From Bacteroidales bacterium (GTDB taxonomy: Bacteria > Bacteroidota > Bacteroidia > Bacteroidales > UBA932): a stretch of DNA of 64,000 bases. The notes beneath the pieces were generated by a model. It did not search any database and had not been told where the DNA came from. It saw nothing but the letters and a program-made list of their open reading frames with translations. The stretch spans positions 6,949-70,948 of the forward strand of contig JAEETP010000002.1 in assembly GCA_016290415.1 (NCBI GenBank). The letters run 5' to 3'. Below, piece after piece: positions 62,441-64,000 of this stretch (its first letter is position 1; each line of letters starts with the position of its first letter). The translations under genes were made by a program, and so were the position numbers.

Positions 62441-64000
62441 ATGAAAAAATTATTTACAATCATCCTTCTGGGTCTGATTGCGACAACCGCCCTTGCGCAG
62501 AACACCGTAACAGGTTCTGTAAAAGACGCCGCCACGGGTGAACCCCTGATTGGCGTAGGTGTGCTTGTCTCTACCGGCGGCGGTGCCGTTACCGACCTGG
62601 ACGGAAACTTCACCGTAAAGGCCGGGGGTGATGCCACCCTCACCTTCAACCTCCTCGGCTATTCCGACGTTGTGGAGGCTGTAGGCGGCCGCAACAAGAT
62701 CGAAGTCTTCATGAAAGAAGATGTCCACTTTCTGGACGAGGTCGTAGTGATGGGTTACACTACCCAGAAAAAGAACGAACTCTCCAGTTCCGTCGTATCG
62801 CTGCACAGCGAAGAACTCCTGGACAATTCCACTCCCGACCTGGGCAATATGATCCAGGGCAAGGCTGCCGGCGTCGTGGTAATGAACGCCAGCGGTATGC
62901 CGGGCGAATCCGCTCAGATCCGTATCCGCGGTACAGGTTCCATTTCGGCCAGCGCCGACCCGCTCTATGTAGTGGACGGCATCGCCGGCGGTACTTTCAA
63001 TCCAAATGACGTAGAGACAGTCACCATCCTCAAGGATGCATCTGCCACAGCCCTCTACGGTGCTTCCGCAGCGGGCGGCGTCATCGTGATCACCACCAAG
63101 AGCGCAAAGGACCGCGGCCGCACCGATGTCAACTTCAAGGCCAGTGCAGGTATCAAGCAGTCCCTCTCCGGCCGTTACCACCCTATGGACAGCAAAGAAC
63201 TCTACGAAACCCAGCGCATGATGATGAGCGAGAAGAACTTTGCCTCCCAACGCCCCGAAAGCCTGCTGGATCAGGACTACGACTGGTATGGCAACATATT
63301 CAAGAAAGGTATCGTGCAGGACTATTATGTATCTGCGGCAGGTATGGCGGGACGAATGAGCTACTTTGCAAGCATCGACCATTACGACGAAGAAGGTTCT
63401 ATGATTGGCACGGCATACGACCGCAATTCGGCCCGTCTGAACCTCTCCGCCCCTATCGGCGAGCAGGTTACCATGAATGTGCGTCTGGGTTACAACCGCA
63501 GCCACAGCACTTCGTATACCGACTGGAAGGATATCGCAACTGCCTACAACGGAATGCCATGGGACAACCCGTTCGACGCCGAAGGCAAGCCGCTGGCCAT
63601 AGGTATGAATGAAGGAGAAGGCGTAACATGGTACGGAAAGGAGCAGTACAATCCATTCCACTCCGTACTTTACAACAGCAGCCAGAGCTGGGGAGAAGAC
63701 ATCGTGGCCGATGTCCAACTGGTATGGAACATCACCGATTGGCTCACTTTCACCAGCAACAACCGACTGGGTTCATCCAACTGGAACAGCAGGACATATC
63801 TGGACAGCCGTACCAACACAGAGGTCAAGAACAAAGGTAAGATATCTCAGGATTCAGGCCGCGGATGGAGCGTAGGTCTCACAGAACTGCTCAAGTTCCA
63901 CAAGAATTTTGACGCTCACGCCCTCAGCAGCATCGTCGGCTATGAGGTTGGATGGGGATATACTGAAGGCATGGGTGCCGGCGGCGTTGACATGCCTACC
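62441..64000 (+). CDS. susC: second SusC/RagA-family TonB-dependent transporter (3' end beyond window)
   Basis: My own translation gives MKKLFTIILLGLIATTALAQNTVTGSVKDAATGEPLIGVGV...VVVMGYTTQKKNELSSSV...IRIRGTGSI...LYVVDGI, colinear with 49896-52925. The frame stays open to the window end, which is why it is missing from the ORF track. Confidence 0.85.
   Translation, partial: MKKLFTIILLGLIATTALAQNTVTGSVKDAATGEPLIGVGVLVSTGGGAVTDLDGNFTVKAGGDATLTFNLLGYSDVVEAVGGRNKIEVFMKEDVHFLDEVVVMGYTTQKKNELSSSVVSLHSEELLDNSTPDLGNMIQGKAAGVVVMNASGMPGESAQIRIRGTGSISASADPLYVVDGIAGGTFNPNDVETVTILKDASATALYGASAAGGVIVITTKSAKDRGRTDVNFKASAGIKQSLSGRYHPMDSKELYETQRMMMSEKNFASQRPESLLDQDYDWYGNIFKKGIVQDYYVSAAGMAGRMSYFASIDHYDEEGSMIGTAYDRNSARLNLSAPIGEQVTMNVRLGYNRSHSTSYTDWKDIATAYNGMPWDNPFDAEGKPLAIGMNEGEGVTWYGKEQYNPFHSVLYNSSQSWGEDIVADVQLVWNITDWLTFTSNNRLGSSNWNSRTYLDSRTNTEVKNKGKISQDSGRGWSVGLTELLKFHKNFDAHALSSIVGYEVGWGYTEGMGAGGVDMPT

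Noticed and set aside
1-64000. A scan for tRNA, rRNA, tmRNA, CRISPR arrays, IS elements, integrases and prophage genes.
   Set aside because: No GGTTCGAATCC-type T-arms or cloverleaf candidates appear in the intergenic regions. There are no regularly spaced direct repeats and no DDE or tyrosine/serine recombinase motifs in any ORF. DUF5131 is phage-associated by name but sits alone among chromosomal genes.

Overview
This is a 64-kb chromosomal window from a Bacteroidales-type genome. The evidence is SusC/SusD pairs, BamD, many lipobox lipoproteins, TAnnTTTG -7 promoter boxes and short or overlapping gene junctions. Hand-counted lines give about 55-60% GC. All family names below come from motif recognition by eye; no BLAST, HMM or folding program was run.

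Layout:
- 1-25.5 kb: tightly packed housekeeping genes. These are purC, a LysM protein, M24 aminopeptidase, nagB, recN, rpoZ, bamD, trxB, priA, thrC-thrB, purU, a GH31-like hydrolase, YqeY, a CPBP protease, a UbiA prenyltransferase, a PASTA protein, rluD, a DNA-repair-flavoured cluster (UDG-like, DUF5131, Zn-ribbon/TSCPD/AlkD-like), ruvC and serS.
- 25.6-29.3 kb: a visibly AT-richer insertion between serS and rpmA-rplU. It carries an ADP-ribosylglycohydrolase, three unknown proteins and three copies (two full and inverted, one truncated) of a repeat whose hairpins are preserved by compensatory substitutions. This is the most unusual part of the window.
- 30.1-33.3 kb: an ATPase gene overlapping a SIR2 deacylase gene, then an MFS transporter.
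- 33.3-41 kb: six lipoproteins of unknown function, including a tandem paralogue pair and a 689-aa protein with an internal glycine-zipper hydrophobic hairpin.
- 41-49.9 kb: a GalNAc/galactosamine-type catabolic locus. It holds a GH109-like enzyme, an exported CX5R phosphatase, a clan GH-D alpha-galactosidase-like enzyme, a PfkB kinase, a DeoR regulator flanked by repeated CGAAA operators, AgaS and a GatZ/KbaZ-family protein.
- 49.9-64 kb: a polysaccharide utilisation locus (PUL). It holds SusC/SusD, three proteins sharing a Big_2 N-terminal module, two DUF4832-like paralogues, a thioredoxin-like lipoprotein, an SdiA-regulated-type propeller and a second SusC that runs off the window and is absent from the ORF track.

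I recognised no rRNA, tRNA, CRISPR array, transposase or integrase.
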